A stretch of DNA of 64,000 nucleotides from Felis catus (taxonomy: Eukaryota). Where the stretch lies: the NCBI RefSeq assembly GCF_018350175.1, contig NC_058368.1, positions 30,010,001 through 30,074,000 on the forward strand, in the 5' to 3' direction. Position numbers and translations under genes: made by a program. This document shows positions 1 through 11,475 of the stretch, one piece after another. The notes under the pieces are model-generated. The model was not told the origin of the DNA. It worked only from the letters and a program-made list of their open reading frames with translations, and searched no databases. Within the stretch, counting starts at the first letter, position 1, and every line of letters begins with the position of its first letter.

Positions 1-2626
1 ATGCTCTGATAGAGAGGTGCACCTGTGATTCCCACAGTAACAAGACCGTTTCAACCACTCACCACCAGCCTGATTAACACCGATGTATCTTTACTTCCTT
101 GCCTGTAGAATAGCTAAAAGTGTACTTTTACTCTTAGTTCTGCGGCATGTTCTTGTCCACTAGGAAGACGTGAAGCGATGCATTGGTCTTTCACATTCTT
201 GGATTATGGTTGGGCAATGGGTGGTTGTGCCAGGGGTGGAAGCTTGGGACGGCCGAGAAGGCTAAGACCTTGAAATGAAGGAAGGGGCGGGGAAGGGATA
301 TGAGACGAGGTAAGGGGGGTTTGGGGGAAGCTTGGCACAGATTGGGGGGAGGAGGGGTGGAGGCTCCGGCTGGGCAAAAAGGAGCAGCGGGCACCAGGAT
401 GGCTGTCAGTTTCAGTATCGTTTCCAGGACAGTTTGCTGCCGGGAGTCGAGGAAGCCCGCCATAGCCTTTTCTCTGGCCTGTCACTGCTGTAGCCACATC
501 TGTAGTATTGGCAACAGTGCCCAGTTCTCCTCCCTGTTTCTGCTTCCTTCGACCACAGCCAGGGCCCCCCAAATGGCCCAAAGGACATTGAGGATGAGAG
601 AGGGGGTAACAAAAAAGGGTAGGAGAGTGTTTAGGAATGGCTGGGAAGTGAGAAAAAGAGATGTAGGCTTCATACAGTTCTGGTATTTATACCAGGTACA
701 ATGTTTAATTTCCTGGTCGACTTGTAAAATGATAAGCCATTATCATTAGTAGTCGTAGTAGAAGTAGTAATTTTGAAGAGAAGTTTATTTGGATTCCTTT
801 ATATCTAAGGATTTCCACATCCAAGACAGAACAGTTTATTATCTTTAACCCCGTGATAATGCTTGAATAAGATTATACATCGTAAGTTTTCCTTACGTAT
901 CTTGTTACTGTTGGTTCGGGCTATTTTCTTTCCAGGAAAGCAAGATTCGATTAAACCAACAATTCCTAAGTCTTCCAACCTGCAAGAAAAACGTGACTTT
1001 CTTACATTTCCTTAGAGTGAAATGTAGTTAAATAAGTAAGTTCTCGGGAAGGTATTTTAACTAGCAAATCTGGTTTGTAGCATATGGAAATTCAAACAGT
1101 TTTTGTTATCATTAAACTGAACACGCCATTAACTTTATTTTAATAATTCATGCATTGTTTCATAAACAAAAGCAAACAAGCATTCATCTGAGAGATCACT
1201 TTTAGGAGAAGAAATAATAATTTATAATTTTATTTATTATTTCTTTGGTGGAGAACAGTCTCTTGGCTGAACACACGTTGCTTTTTTATTTATGAAATGG
1301 TGCATGCATTATTAAAATAAACCAGCGCCTGTGTTCTGCTTAATGATATGCAAAATTATTTGAGGTTGGGTACAGAATGGTCTCATTTCTCTACCTGTTG
1401 TATGGTTGGCTGGCTTTCCCACCAACTGCGGATTTATGAGAGCATTTAAGGAGCACGTATTTAATTCTGGGACCAAAAAGCCCCAGCAGATTGGAAGAAT
1501 AAAAGCAGGGTTTCTAGTAATGGTTTCACCTCTGAGCAGTCCTTGAGTGAGGAGGGGAAGAAGGGGGGGGACATTTAGCAAGGAAAGGAATAGGTCTTTC
1601 CATGTCGGTCAGAGGCACAGACTTACAGGCAAAGCTTTGCTCTCCCTTAACCAATGTCCTACCCCCCCCCCCCCCCGATAAATCAGGTAATTCTTCGGAG
1701 CTCTGCTTTTGGCTGTAGCTCACATCATGTGCTCTCCACGGCTCCCTGATTCCCTCCAAGCATTCAAAGCCAGAGCAAGTGATTCAGGTTCTGTTCCTTC
1801 TTCCCTCACCTGCTCAGCTCCAGGCAGTAGGATGAGAGAAAATGACCTCAAATGTACTTGAAGTGGAATTTTCTTTGTCATCCAATAAACAATGTTACCC
1901 ACTTTTAAAGAGATATTTACTAAGATCCCTCAAAATGTGTGTTCAACTCTGGATAGTTATTATAAAGACCCTGGAGGAGTTTTATGTTATTTTTGTAGCT
2001 CATAAATTATTTGGGTTGGCAGGCATTTCAGAGTGTGACATGTAGGGCCAGTTGTCCAGCCTGGGTTGTTCACTGCTGGTACAGGGAAGGTAGAGTCAGT
2101 GGACCGGTGAGCCTGGTCCCACTTGATTGTACACATTGTGACGACAGTGTCAGATTGAGAAAGGTGAAGGACTTGCTGTCATTCTATGACCCAGTAGAAT
2201 ATGTGGTATAAACAGCAAGACCTACTTTACAACTGCAGCAAGGTGGTCACCAAGTGATCTACGTAATAGGCTTATGCTTTGGGCACACATCAGGCCCTAT
2301 TGCCCTAAAATCACTTCCATGGCTTCTCAAGGCGGAAATCCCACCATTAGAGGACTATCTTTTTGTATCTTTAAAATACCATATTTAAAACTTCGTCTTC
2401 TGAGATTGGCTTGGGGCAGCAATGGTACCTGGCGTGCATATGCACTTGGGGTTCCAGGGAGGGGCAGAAAGGTGAAAGGCATGGATACTTGTCCAGGGCA
2501 GTCTTCTCCTTCGTCACAGTTGTCCCTGATCCTGGCAAATAGCACCTTGTGGCTTTATGGAAAAAGGGTAGGATCTGGGATGACCTTGCTCTTTTTGATT
2601 TCTCTAGAAGAAAAATGAAATAAAAA

Positions 2627-2840
2627 GTGGCTCAGTCGGTTAAGCGTCCGACTTCGGCTCAGGTCATGATCTCGCGGTCCGTGAGTTCGAGCCCCGCATC
2701 GGGCTCTGGGCTGACCGCTCAGAGCCTGGAGCCTGTTTCAGATTCTGTGTCTCCCTCTCTCTCTGACCCTCTCCCGTTCATGCTCTGTCTCTCTCTGTCT
2801 CAAAAATAAATAAACGCTAAAAAAAAATTTAAAAAAAAAA
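2627..2840 (+). mobile_element. CAN SINE, felid SINEC_Fc type, slightly 5'-truncated, intronic
   Basis: tRNA-like head (gtggctcagtcggttaagcg A box, gttcgagccc B box), CT-rich linker, AATAAA/A tail; many intact CpGs; lacks the first ~11 nt (ggggcgcctgg). Confidence 0.95.
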
Positions 2841-3160
2841 GATTGCAAAATGCTTTCTGGTAGAAGAAAATCTGTCAAATCCACCAAGTCCTCCTTTCCT
2901 CTTTCTAGGCCCTCAAACCTTTTTAATATGGCTCTTGGCAGTTCTAGCATCCCCATCTCTGGAATGAAAGCCCATTAATGGAAATAGGAGGTGGTTTTCT
3001 CTAGAGCTGACAGGAGGCTTGCATTGAGACTGACACCAAAAGAAGGTCTTGATCCTTCTCCATCAGAACCACGGTCGTCGCCAAACCTTGACAAGAAAAG
3101 TATTTATGGGTTCCTTGGTTCTTAGGACATTAAACCATTTGTATCTCGTTATTCATTTTT

Positions 3161-3196
3161 CTCTAAGAATGCCCTTGTATGTTCTTGTTTGTACAG
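3161..3196 (+). promoter_or_regulatory. OLFM4: 3' splice acceptor of last OLFM4 intron (branch-point-like ctctaag, T-rich tract, AG)
   Basis: ctctaag at 3161-3167, then ttgtatgttcttgtttgtacAG; protein similarity begins immediately after it. Confidence 0.85.
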
Positions 3197-3999
3197 GGAG
3201 CTGTGGCCATGGTGGTGTGGTGAATATCAGCAAGCCGACCATCGTTCAGCTCAACTGGAGAGGGTTTTCCTTTAAGTATGGTGCCTGGGGTCGGGATTAC
3301 TCTCCCCAGCAACCAAATGGAGGGCTGTATTGGGTGGCACCTCTGAATACAGATGGGAGATATCTAGAATATTACAGACTCTACAATACCCTGGATGATT
3401 TGCTATTGTATATAAATGCCCGAGAATATCGGATTACCTATGGCCAAGGCAGTGGTACAGCAGTTTATAACAACTACATGTATGTCAACATGTACAGCAG
3501 CCAGAATATTGCCAAAATTAACCTGAATGACAACAGGGTTGAAGTGACTCAACCTGTCCCTGATGCCGCCTATAATAACCGCTTTTCGTATGCTAATGTC
3601 GATTGGCAAGATATTGACTTGGCTGTGGATGAGAATGGGTTGTGGGTGATTTATGCAACCGAAGCCAGCACTGGTAACATGGTGATTAGCAAACTCAATG
3701 ACACCACACTCACGGTGCTAGACACTTGGTATACGAGACAGTATAAACCATCGGTTTCTAACGCCTTCATGGTGTGCGGGGTTCTGTATGCCACCCGCAC
3801 TCTGAACACCAGAGAGGAAGAGATTTTCTACTACTATGACACAAACACAGGGAGAGAGGGCAGTCTAGACGTTGTAATGCCTAAGATGCGGGAGAGAGTT
3901 CAGAGCATTAACTACCACCCTTTTGACCAGAAACTTTTCGTCTATAATGATGGTTACCTTCTCAATTATGATCTGATCTTTAACAAGGAACCCAAGTAA
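3197..3999 (+). CDS. OLFM4: Olfactomedin-4, terminal coding exon (olfactomedin domain and C-terminus); upstream exons lie outside the window
   Basis: Translation (G)[13 protein letters not shown]...GAWGRDY...GSGTAVYNN...[15 protein letters not shown]...[11 protein letters not shown]...[22 protein letters not shown]...KEPK* carries the olfactomedin signatures and closely matches the OLFM4 C-terminal region as I recall it. Similarity starts exactly after a pyrimidine-rich acceptor (ttgtttgtacAG 3195-3196, phase 1); TAA stop at 3997-3999. Confidence 0.96.
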
Positions 4000-5026
4000 G
4001 TTGTGGAAGGATGAGAGAGAAATGAAAGGTTCCTTGAAAAAAAATGGTCTTTTTCACTTATTTAGCTTTCCGCGGGGGGGATTTGGAAGTGAGTTTGCTT
4101 AGTAGTGATACTTGGGAGCATAGTTCTATCGCACTGAAGACTTAGGATATTTGCCCTGATTTGGTAAGTTCTTTTGGAAGCCGTCTGCCTCCAGAGAATG
4201 CATTTCCCTAGTGAAAATAAGGTCCTTGCAGGGTAGATGGGATTGTGGGGGGTCTAGGGACATTATAGGTTCAAGGAAGGTGTCAGTGAGACAGCTCTGG
4301 AAATCAAGGAACTTAAAGAGAACCTATGGCTTTTGGGGATTCTTCGTAAGAATGCGTGTCAATGACCAGCTCTCCTCCATGTAGCCAGGTTAATTCATCC
4401 ATGCCTGAAAGAAACCTGATCTCAATTAGGCAGATTAATACTTGAAACTCCTTGAGGGATCAAGTCTCCATCTTTGGTTTTCCTTACTAGCATCTGGACA
4501 GTGTTTTATATGTAGCAGATTAGTAAACTTAGCATGCTTGTATTATATCTGTGAGATGCTCAGAGTTTTCTAGAGAGAGGCTCTTTTATGCACTAAATTG
4601 TACACTGTAAATCAGTCCCAGATGGACCTGCAGGTGGGGGATTTGATTTTTCTTTTATCCCTTTTGTCCACCTCTAGAAGAGTCAGTAGAACCCTCCTAC
4701 CTCATAACTCCATTCCAAAGGCACGCAGAAGACTAGAACCAGACTTACCAACCAGTTCCCTCTACCCATTTCCTACCTCCTGCTTTTTATGAAAATTAAC
4801 CAGTTTTTTTATGGAATGGGTAGAAGAAAAACAAATACATTTTTTTTGTCTCATCATGAAATTACACTTACATGACTCTAGGACCGTAAGAACAGATGGC
4901 AGTGATAAAATAATAGCATATCTGGTTACATGACAAAGCCCTTGGAGCATATGTGACATTTGTATTAAGTCATATCAATTGTTTCATGCAAGTGTTGTCT
5001 TTGTTTAAGCCTAAAAGTTGTAAGAA

Positions 5027-5032
5027 AATAAA
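5027..5032 (+). terminator. OLFM4: Candidate proximal polyadenylation signal AATAAA
   Basis: Canonical hexamer in the 3' UTR, preceded by TGTA and followed by a T-run. Confidence 0.4.
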
Positions 5033-5241
5033 ATTTTTTTATTTGAGGAAGACATATTTTTAAAAAAACCATTGAAAATATCTAGTAAGTCAGTGCAGTT
5101 TGAAAACCTAGCAGGTGTATGTGCTTCTGTGCTTTTGGATGGCTTTCTCTTCTGGTCTTGGTCTGTTTCCCCTTGATGTTCATGAGTCCCAGTCTACAGG
5201 ACTGGCTCTTTAAATGCTATAACCGTCCCCTTTTAATAATG

Positions 5242-5247
5242 ATTAAA
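5242..5247 (+). terminator. OLFM4: Likely main polyadenylation signal ATTAAA
   Basis: ATTAAA followed ~20 nt later by a GU/U-rich downstream element (about 5265-5300). Confidence 0.65.
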
Positions 5248-6371
5248 GTGTGTTTTGATATAAATGTTGTCTTTTGGGTTTCTTTTAACTCTTTTATTTT
5301 TATTATAAAAAGCCTCTTAATAGGATGGTCTCCACCTTGCTGTGAGGTACAGTGTGGCTACCTCCCGAACACTGATGCCCAGGAAATCATACACCTAGCA
5401 GCAGATAACATCAAGACTTTTAGAAAGAGTCCAAAGTCAGGGCTGGCTCTTTAGTTTTCATTTCCCTTTAAAATCCATTCTTTCTGGCAGCTTTTGTTGT
5501 AGGAGACTGCACTCTTTTCTTTTGGGATATGACCTTATGTACTTATTAATTTGCATGACTGATCTGATTATTTCCAACGTTAGACTATATTTGTGTGGCT
5601 TATGTTCCTTTTCCAACCGAGCTGTTAAAATGGGTCAGAAGCCTCCAGATCTTCCCTAAACAGAAGGTCTTGGCCAGAAAGCAAAGAGACTAAGTGGCCA
5701 TATTGGAGAGAGAAATACCTTTACCAAAGACAATGTATAGGGGGACAGGTGACCTAGAGCTGGAAGGGAAGATAGACCTGGCTAGTGTAGTTAGTCCTAC
5801 TGAAATGCTCATTTTTAATACATGCCATATTTTTTTTTTTTTAGGCAGGTGGTAGCTATAATATTTAGTATTTTTAGCAGTGTTATTCTGTATTTTTCAG
5901 GCTGAGCATAGAGACAGGTATGGCCTTCAAAATGCAACAAGATGTGAAGATAAAGACCAGTATGTCATGTGAGATATAAGTTAAAAAACAGTGATGCTAC
6001 CTTAATCTGGCCAGCGGGCAATTTTCCAGATGAATGTTCTACCACATTCATAGTATGATCTCTGAAGATCTGGAAAAGAAGGCAGGAAGCCAAAGTAACC
6101 CTAGCAATCAGCTTCTTATTTAAATGGCTACAGAAGCATTTGCCTGACATTTCCCTTCAGAACCTTCTTCCACTGGATGTGGAAGTGTATCAGGAGTGTA
6201 TGCAGGGACTGCCTGCTGGAAATTTCCCTACTGGGAAGGCTGAACAACTAATTGAAGGATTGAGATGCTGGAGTTTATTGCGATGCAGTTGCACAGTGGA
6301 GACTTTAGCTCAGGATTCATCAGCTAGTGCCCTTTGGGGGGGTGGTGGTGGTGGCGGGAATTGGATGTATA

Positions 6372-6494
6372 TATTTAAAATCAGCTTTATTGAGATGTAA
6401 TTTACATGAGGTAAAATATATCAATTTTTTTAAGTTTATTTATTTATTTTGAGAGAGAGAGAGAGAGAGCACAAGTTGGGGCGGAACAGAGAGA

Positions 6495-6540
<46 letters not shown>

Positions 6541-6875
6541 CCCAAGCAGATTCCACACTGTCAGCACAGAGCCCCACATGGGGCTCAAACTCATGAACCA
6601 TGAAATCATGACCTGAGCTGGAATCAAGAGTCAGACACTTAACTGACTGAGCCACCCAGGTGTCCCAAATCTGCCAACTTTAAGTGTGCAGTTAAATGCC
6701 AGTTGTATAAAGGCTACCACAATTAGGATGCATAACATTTCCATCACCTCCCAAAAGTGTTCTTGTGCCCTTTCAGAGTCAGACCCCACCCTCATCTCCT
6801 GGTGCCTGCCAACCACTGATCTCTTTTCTCTCTCTGGGATCATATAATATGTAGCCTTTTGAGTCTGGCTTCTTT
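6372..6875 (-). mobile_element. Ancient L1 (L1MB/MC-like) 3' end fragment, interrupted by a SINE
   Basis: cagctttattgagatgtaatttaca...aacatttccatcacctcccaaaagt...aaccactgatct...tgtagccttttgagtctggcttcttt is typical antisense L1M 3' UTR. Confidence 0.75.
6428..6666 (-). mobile_element. CAN SINE (older feliform subfamily)
   Basis: Antisense: T tail, (GA)n, gaatcccaagcag..., ends tgagccacccaggtgtccc; degenerate TSD aaatatatcaatttt/aaatctgccaacttt. Confidence 0.93.
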
Positions 6876-7189
6876 AGGCTGAAAAAGAGAAGTTGTGGAC
6901 TGAAATTACCCCCAGGGGTTAACAGCATTGCTCTCGAGGTTCCCTACATTTTTATTATTTGGGGGAGATCTCTGATGGCCTCCTTCCTTGTACCTGTTCC
7001 CCCCTGGCCTGGAATTGCCATGGGAAGGACCTAGCTCTGGGGGTCGATCAAACCTACCTACCTGGCAGCATGTCCCAAACCTGAAACTTCCTTTGTCCCC
7101 AGTCTTAGTCAACATTTGGTCCCCAATCTCTACCCCTGAGCCGCAAGCATGTCTACCCAGATGAGTTCTGATCTTAATTAAAGATGCCC

Positions 7190-7430
7190 GTAGCTAAGAG
7201 AACAGGATTTGGAGTCAAACAAAACCAGATGTGACTTTTGGTTCTGCTGCTCACAAGTGGTATGGCTTTGGGACAGTGTCCTTAATTTTTTGGAGACTCA
7301 GTATCATTCTCTATATAATGGAATAAAACCACCTACCTCAGGGTCCTGTTGGGTAAATTAAATGATATCAAGTATGGAAAGTGTTTAGTACAGTTTTCAG
7401 TGCATGCTCTACCCTCAACAAAGAGTTATT
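7190..7430 (+). mobile_element. MIR SINE
   Basis: ggatttggagtcaaac...ctcagtatcattctctatataatggaataa...ctacctcagggtcctgttgggtaaattaaatga, MIR core and tail. Confidence 0.75.
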
Positions 7431-8690
7431 ACCCTTGTTTCTCATTCTGAATTTTAGGTTCAGTGTGGTTATTGGGTTGACAAGATACACAGCTCCTTGG
7501 GGTCAGAATTTACATCTTCTCCTCTACAAGACTTGTTGTGAGTAGGAACTCTTCAAGCGGGTGCCATTTTGTTGTGAAAGAGTTCCAAAGGTGGGAGCAC
7601 CCTCTCTTCGTCCTCAACTCCAAGACGTCCCCTCAGAGCCGAAGTTTATTGTGTTCTGACGTCAAAACACAGATGGGCACCAGCAGCAGGAGCGGAGGCC
7701 CCTTTCCCTTTCTTTTGAGCCCCTGAAAGCCTAAATGAAGGCTCGTTTTTATCAGGGGTGGGACCAAAATAGATGCATGCGTTCTGCTACTTGCTTTGCT
7801 GTAGTCAACAAGGACATCATCTTCTCAGAACAGGGATGGGTATTTATTTTGAACTCTACTTTTAGTTCAGTTTATTTCTCTTTTAGGGTGTGTTTTCATT
7901 GCCAGCCTGAAGAACATCCTTTCCATCTCTTCTTGATTCGTGAGCCACTGAGAAGGAAATGGCAGTGGATGGACCGACGGTGACTGTAGGGCTGCCTTCA
8001 TGATGACGTAGGGAGGTTCTGGGCCTGAGCCCTCGGTCATCTCAAACAGATGTCACACCATGAGGGATGATTAGCCTCCTGTGCTCCAGAACGTTCCGAA
8101 ACAAGGAAAAGGGTGAATTGTGACACATCAGAAAATAAAAGGCAGGCACGTTTGTAAGGCACGCTCCCAGCCAGTGGGACAGACCAGCTGGCCTGGCTCA
8201 TCGACGAGAGATGCTATTTGAGTTGTCAGTTCAGTTGCCAGGCCTCACATCTGTAGCTTGGGATGCGCCCACTTGTCTCTGAGATCTGCATCTGCTCCTG
8301 GAGTTCATTCAAAGGGAATGGCTCTGGGAATCAAGGTCCGCTGTGGAAAAGGATGGCCTTTAATCTGTCCAGCAGGGAGGCTTCTCCTTGGGGGCCATCT
8401 CTAGGCCTGGAACCCAGAAGGATGGTTTCCCGGGCCCCGGCCCCTCTGGGGAATATTAAAGAAAGACCCGTGGTGTGTTTGGGGGCTTCTCTGTGGTTTG
8501 TCTGGAGCTCAGTGTTTGTGGCAGGCAGAGGAGGATAAGGATGGAATGATACCGTGGGCCAGGGTTTAATATGACATCAAAGGAACTTCATTCCTGAGGC
8601 TTCACTCAGGAAATTTAAACTGACTCCAAATCTCTCTTTTTAGGCAGATTCTTGCAGCTCACGTGTTCTTTTTGGTTGTGGCCTATAATG

Positions 8691-8757
8691 TTTTTATGTA
8701 TTGTTTTATGTATTGGTTTTATGTATTGTTTTATGTATGTTTTATGTATTGGTTTAT
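8691..8757. repeat. Short tandem repeat (TTTTATGTATTG[G]) x ~5
   Basis: Directly visible 11-13 bp unit. Confidence 0.85.
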
Positions 8758-9291
8758 TTTGACTTTCTTTCACCTTGGTAGCTGATACCAGTCCGTTCAG
8801 GGCAGAAGCAGAAACAGAAATGTCTTTTAACTGGGGTGCTGCTAACTGCCATATTAAACCTCATAGCCTTAGAGACTTAGCGCCATAGCAGTAGCCGGTG
8901 TTGTCTTCTCCCTTATTCAGTGACCGCTACTTTCACCATTTTGTTCTTGGTCATTGTGTCTATAACATCTTCTTCCTCTCTAACACCTCCTTCCCCCCCG
9001 CCACCCCCAAAGACTGGTTGTGGTTTTATCCGGTGCCATGATGACGGCCAAGAGCTTCTCTTCCGAACAGTGATGCAGGGACCCAGGCTCGTTCTCTTCC
9101 ATCCTGCAGCTCCCCCGCCTCCACACGTAGCTTTCAAGGTCACTGTGCTTGTCTGCATCCCACAAGCAGAGGGGAGAGAAGCATGGAAGCTTTGAAGTAT
9201 TGGCTGTTTAGCTCAGATCTGAAAGTGGTGTCCAACTGTGATGGATTGGGATAGGTCCCAGTCCATTAACATAGGGTCACACCTAATTCTT

Positions 9292-9521
9292 TTTTTTTTT
9301 TTTTATTTTTATTTTTTTAACGTTTATTTATTTTTGAGACAGAGAGAGACAGAGCATGAACGGGAGAGGGTCAGAGAGAGAGGGAGACACAGAATCTGAA
9401 ACAGGCTCCAGGCTCTGAGCCATCAGCACAGAGCCTGATGCGGGGCTTGAACTCACAAACTGCGAGATCACGACCTGAGCCGAAGTCGGACGCTTAACCG
9501 ACTGAGCCACCTAGGCGCCCT
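9292..9521 (-). mobile_element. CAN SINE, SINEC_Fc type, full length with perfect 18-bp TSD
   Basis: TSD gggtcacacctaattctt at 9274-9291 and 9522-9539; full antisense body. Confidence 0.97.
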
Positions 9522-11475
9522 GGGTCACACCTAATTCTTAAGGAAGGCTTGGAGACATACAGGTCAGTTGGGTGCACAGGAGAAAAGAAAATGGGTTGGT
9601 GAACACTCACCCAGTCTGCCTCACCACTCTAGGTATTGCCAGAAGGATTTAACATAGAGAAGCAAGTGCTTACAAATCCCCGGAAAGGCTGGAGGCAGGA
9701 GAACTAGAGGCTGCCATTTAACATTCGGCTTTGAGGTCACACTTTTTGCCAACTGCTACTACGTCTGGTGTCATCCTTATACCCTCCAAAGTGGTACCAG
9801 CCATCGGCACGCGGAGCCCCTTTGCTGCCAACCCTCACCTCTGCTGGTACCCACTTAACCACTGGCACACTTGCAAAGCCTTCCACCTTCCAAAGCTTCT
9901 GTAAGTGGATCTTGTTCACTGAACCTGCACGGACCCAGAAATGTAGCCATACCGGAGACTGGGAGATGTGGTTTCAGTCTTCCTTTGCTGGGATACAGAG
10001 AAGATGATACAAGTTGGAATTGATACCGAGCTAATAGACTGTGGCACAGCAACCTTATTCGGTGACCACTGCTTTTCACCATTCCTGCTGTTCCCATTTT
10101 GTCTCTGGTCACTGCTTTTTTTTTTTTTTTTTAGCTTGTCCTTCATCTCCTGGTCATTCATCACTGTTTTCTTTTTAATGCTCACTCCCAGTGGTCGCTT
10201 TGCCTGATGCTGCCATAATGGGAGAGTTTCTCCTCTGACAGTGGTCAATCTGAATGAACTTTCAAAGGGAAGCTGGCTTTTGCAACTGTATAGTTCCTCT
10301 GTCAGACTCCATCAGAGATATTGGAATGGTACCAACATCAAAGGTAAATCCATCCTAGGGATCCAGTAGTGTCCTAGGAGAGGCTCCTATTTCTATTGGT
10401 GGAACCATCTAGAAAGTTCTAGAACTTGGGGTATACCCTGTTTCACATTCTCCCCTTGGATGATATTTCCCTCCACTGACTTAGAGGGTCCTTGACTGAC
10501 AGGCTGACTTTTGGAGGTGACGCTTTACCCAGAACTCCTGAGGTGACAGTGAAGATAGGGACACCCCTCCCCCACCCCGAGGGCCTTTCACCAGGCTCTG
10601 ATCTGCTCCTGAAGAGAATCATGGTAAGGACCATAGCATGGTGTTGCTTTCCAATGAAAACATAGCTTGTCACTTTTCTCAGAGCCATCCTGGGCGGGGC
10701 TGCACCACAATGAGTTCCACAGCCCCCCCTGAGACCATCTGCTGCTTGCTGGAGTCCGGGTGGCAGATTTTCTAGAAGGATCTCAGAAGTCAATGAGTGA
10801 AGGCAGAACTGCCCTGGAGAGGAGGAATTCTGGCAGCATAAGCTCAGGGAATTCGTTTGGGAAAGAAAGTTTATAATAACAGTGTTCTAGTTACTGCTGA
10901 ATAAAACATTCACAGAGCTTTTGTTCTCCCAGCAGAAAAATAGAATACCCTGGTGGCAATAGAATGGTTGTTCTGTTTAAATGTTGTTTTTAATAAAAAT
11001 CAGATGGTAGCAGTCATTTGACCTCTACACTGTTCCCCTCCGGGTCTTGTACGGGGCCTCCTCTGGGAGCACACTGGACACCGTGTCCTGGGGCTGTATG
11101 GAGGCGCTCTCCTCGAAGCAGATGGGGAAACAGTCATTTGAACGAATGGGGCATAAGCCCAGAGAAGGTACAACCAGCTGCAGAAAGACCAGTAAATATG
11201 GTTGTTACACATCTGGTAGGTAGTTCTGCAGCGACACAGCTAATGGTGCTGGTATTTAAACGGCCATTAGTAGACTTTGGCTTCTGCGCGCCCAATTAAG
11301 AAATACCCCGGAAGCTCTCTCTTGGTGCTGCTCTGCTGTCGCCGGGCCGCAGAGCTCCGGTTTGCATGGCCATCTTCATTGCCTGCAGGGAGAGAAACTT
11401 CATTTTTGTCAACAGCACAGAGCAGATTCTGGAGTGGCCCCCGCCAAGGGTGGGGCATCTCAGTATCCTAGGGAA

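Larger units (their letters stand above)
1..3196 (+). other. OLFM4: 3' part of the last intron of OLFM4
   Basis: No olfactomedin coiled-coil-region exon recognisable in 1-3196; the region ends in the acceptor. Confidence 0.75.
4000..5260 (+). other. OLFM4: OLFM4 3' UTR (approximate end)
   Basis: Repeat-free AT-rich sequence from the stop codon to ATTAAA (5242-5247), followed by a GU/U-rich tract (tgttgtcttttgggttt). Confidence 0.7.

Noticed and set aside
642..654. Adjacent TGGGAA and GTGAGAA RBPJ-like motifs in the intron
   Set aside because: Short common motifs, not in the head-to-head paired-site geometry; not distinguishable from chance without conservation data.
191..749. Overlapping ORFs of 63-149 aa in the intron
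   Set aside because: No similarity to OLFM4 upstream exons or any recognisable protein; G-rich compositional artefact.
3049..3196. In-frame upstream extension of the OLFM4 ORF with ATGs at 3106 and 3169 (possible single-exon OLF-only protein)
   Set aside because: The extension has no olfactomedin similarity or clear signal peptide and overlaps the branch point and pyrimidine tract; it is best explained as open intron sequence.
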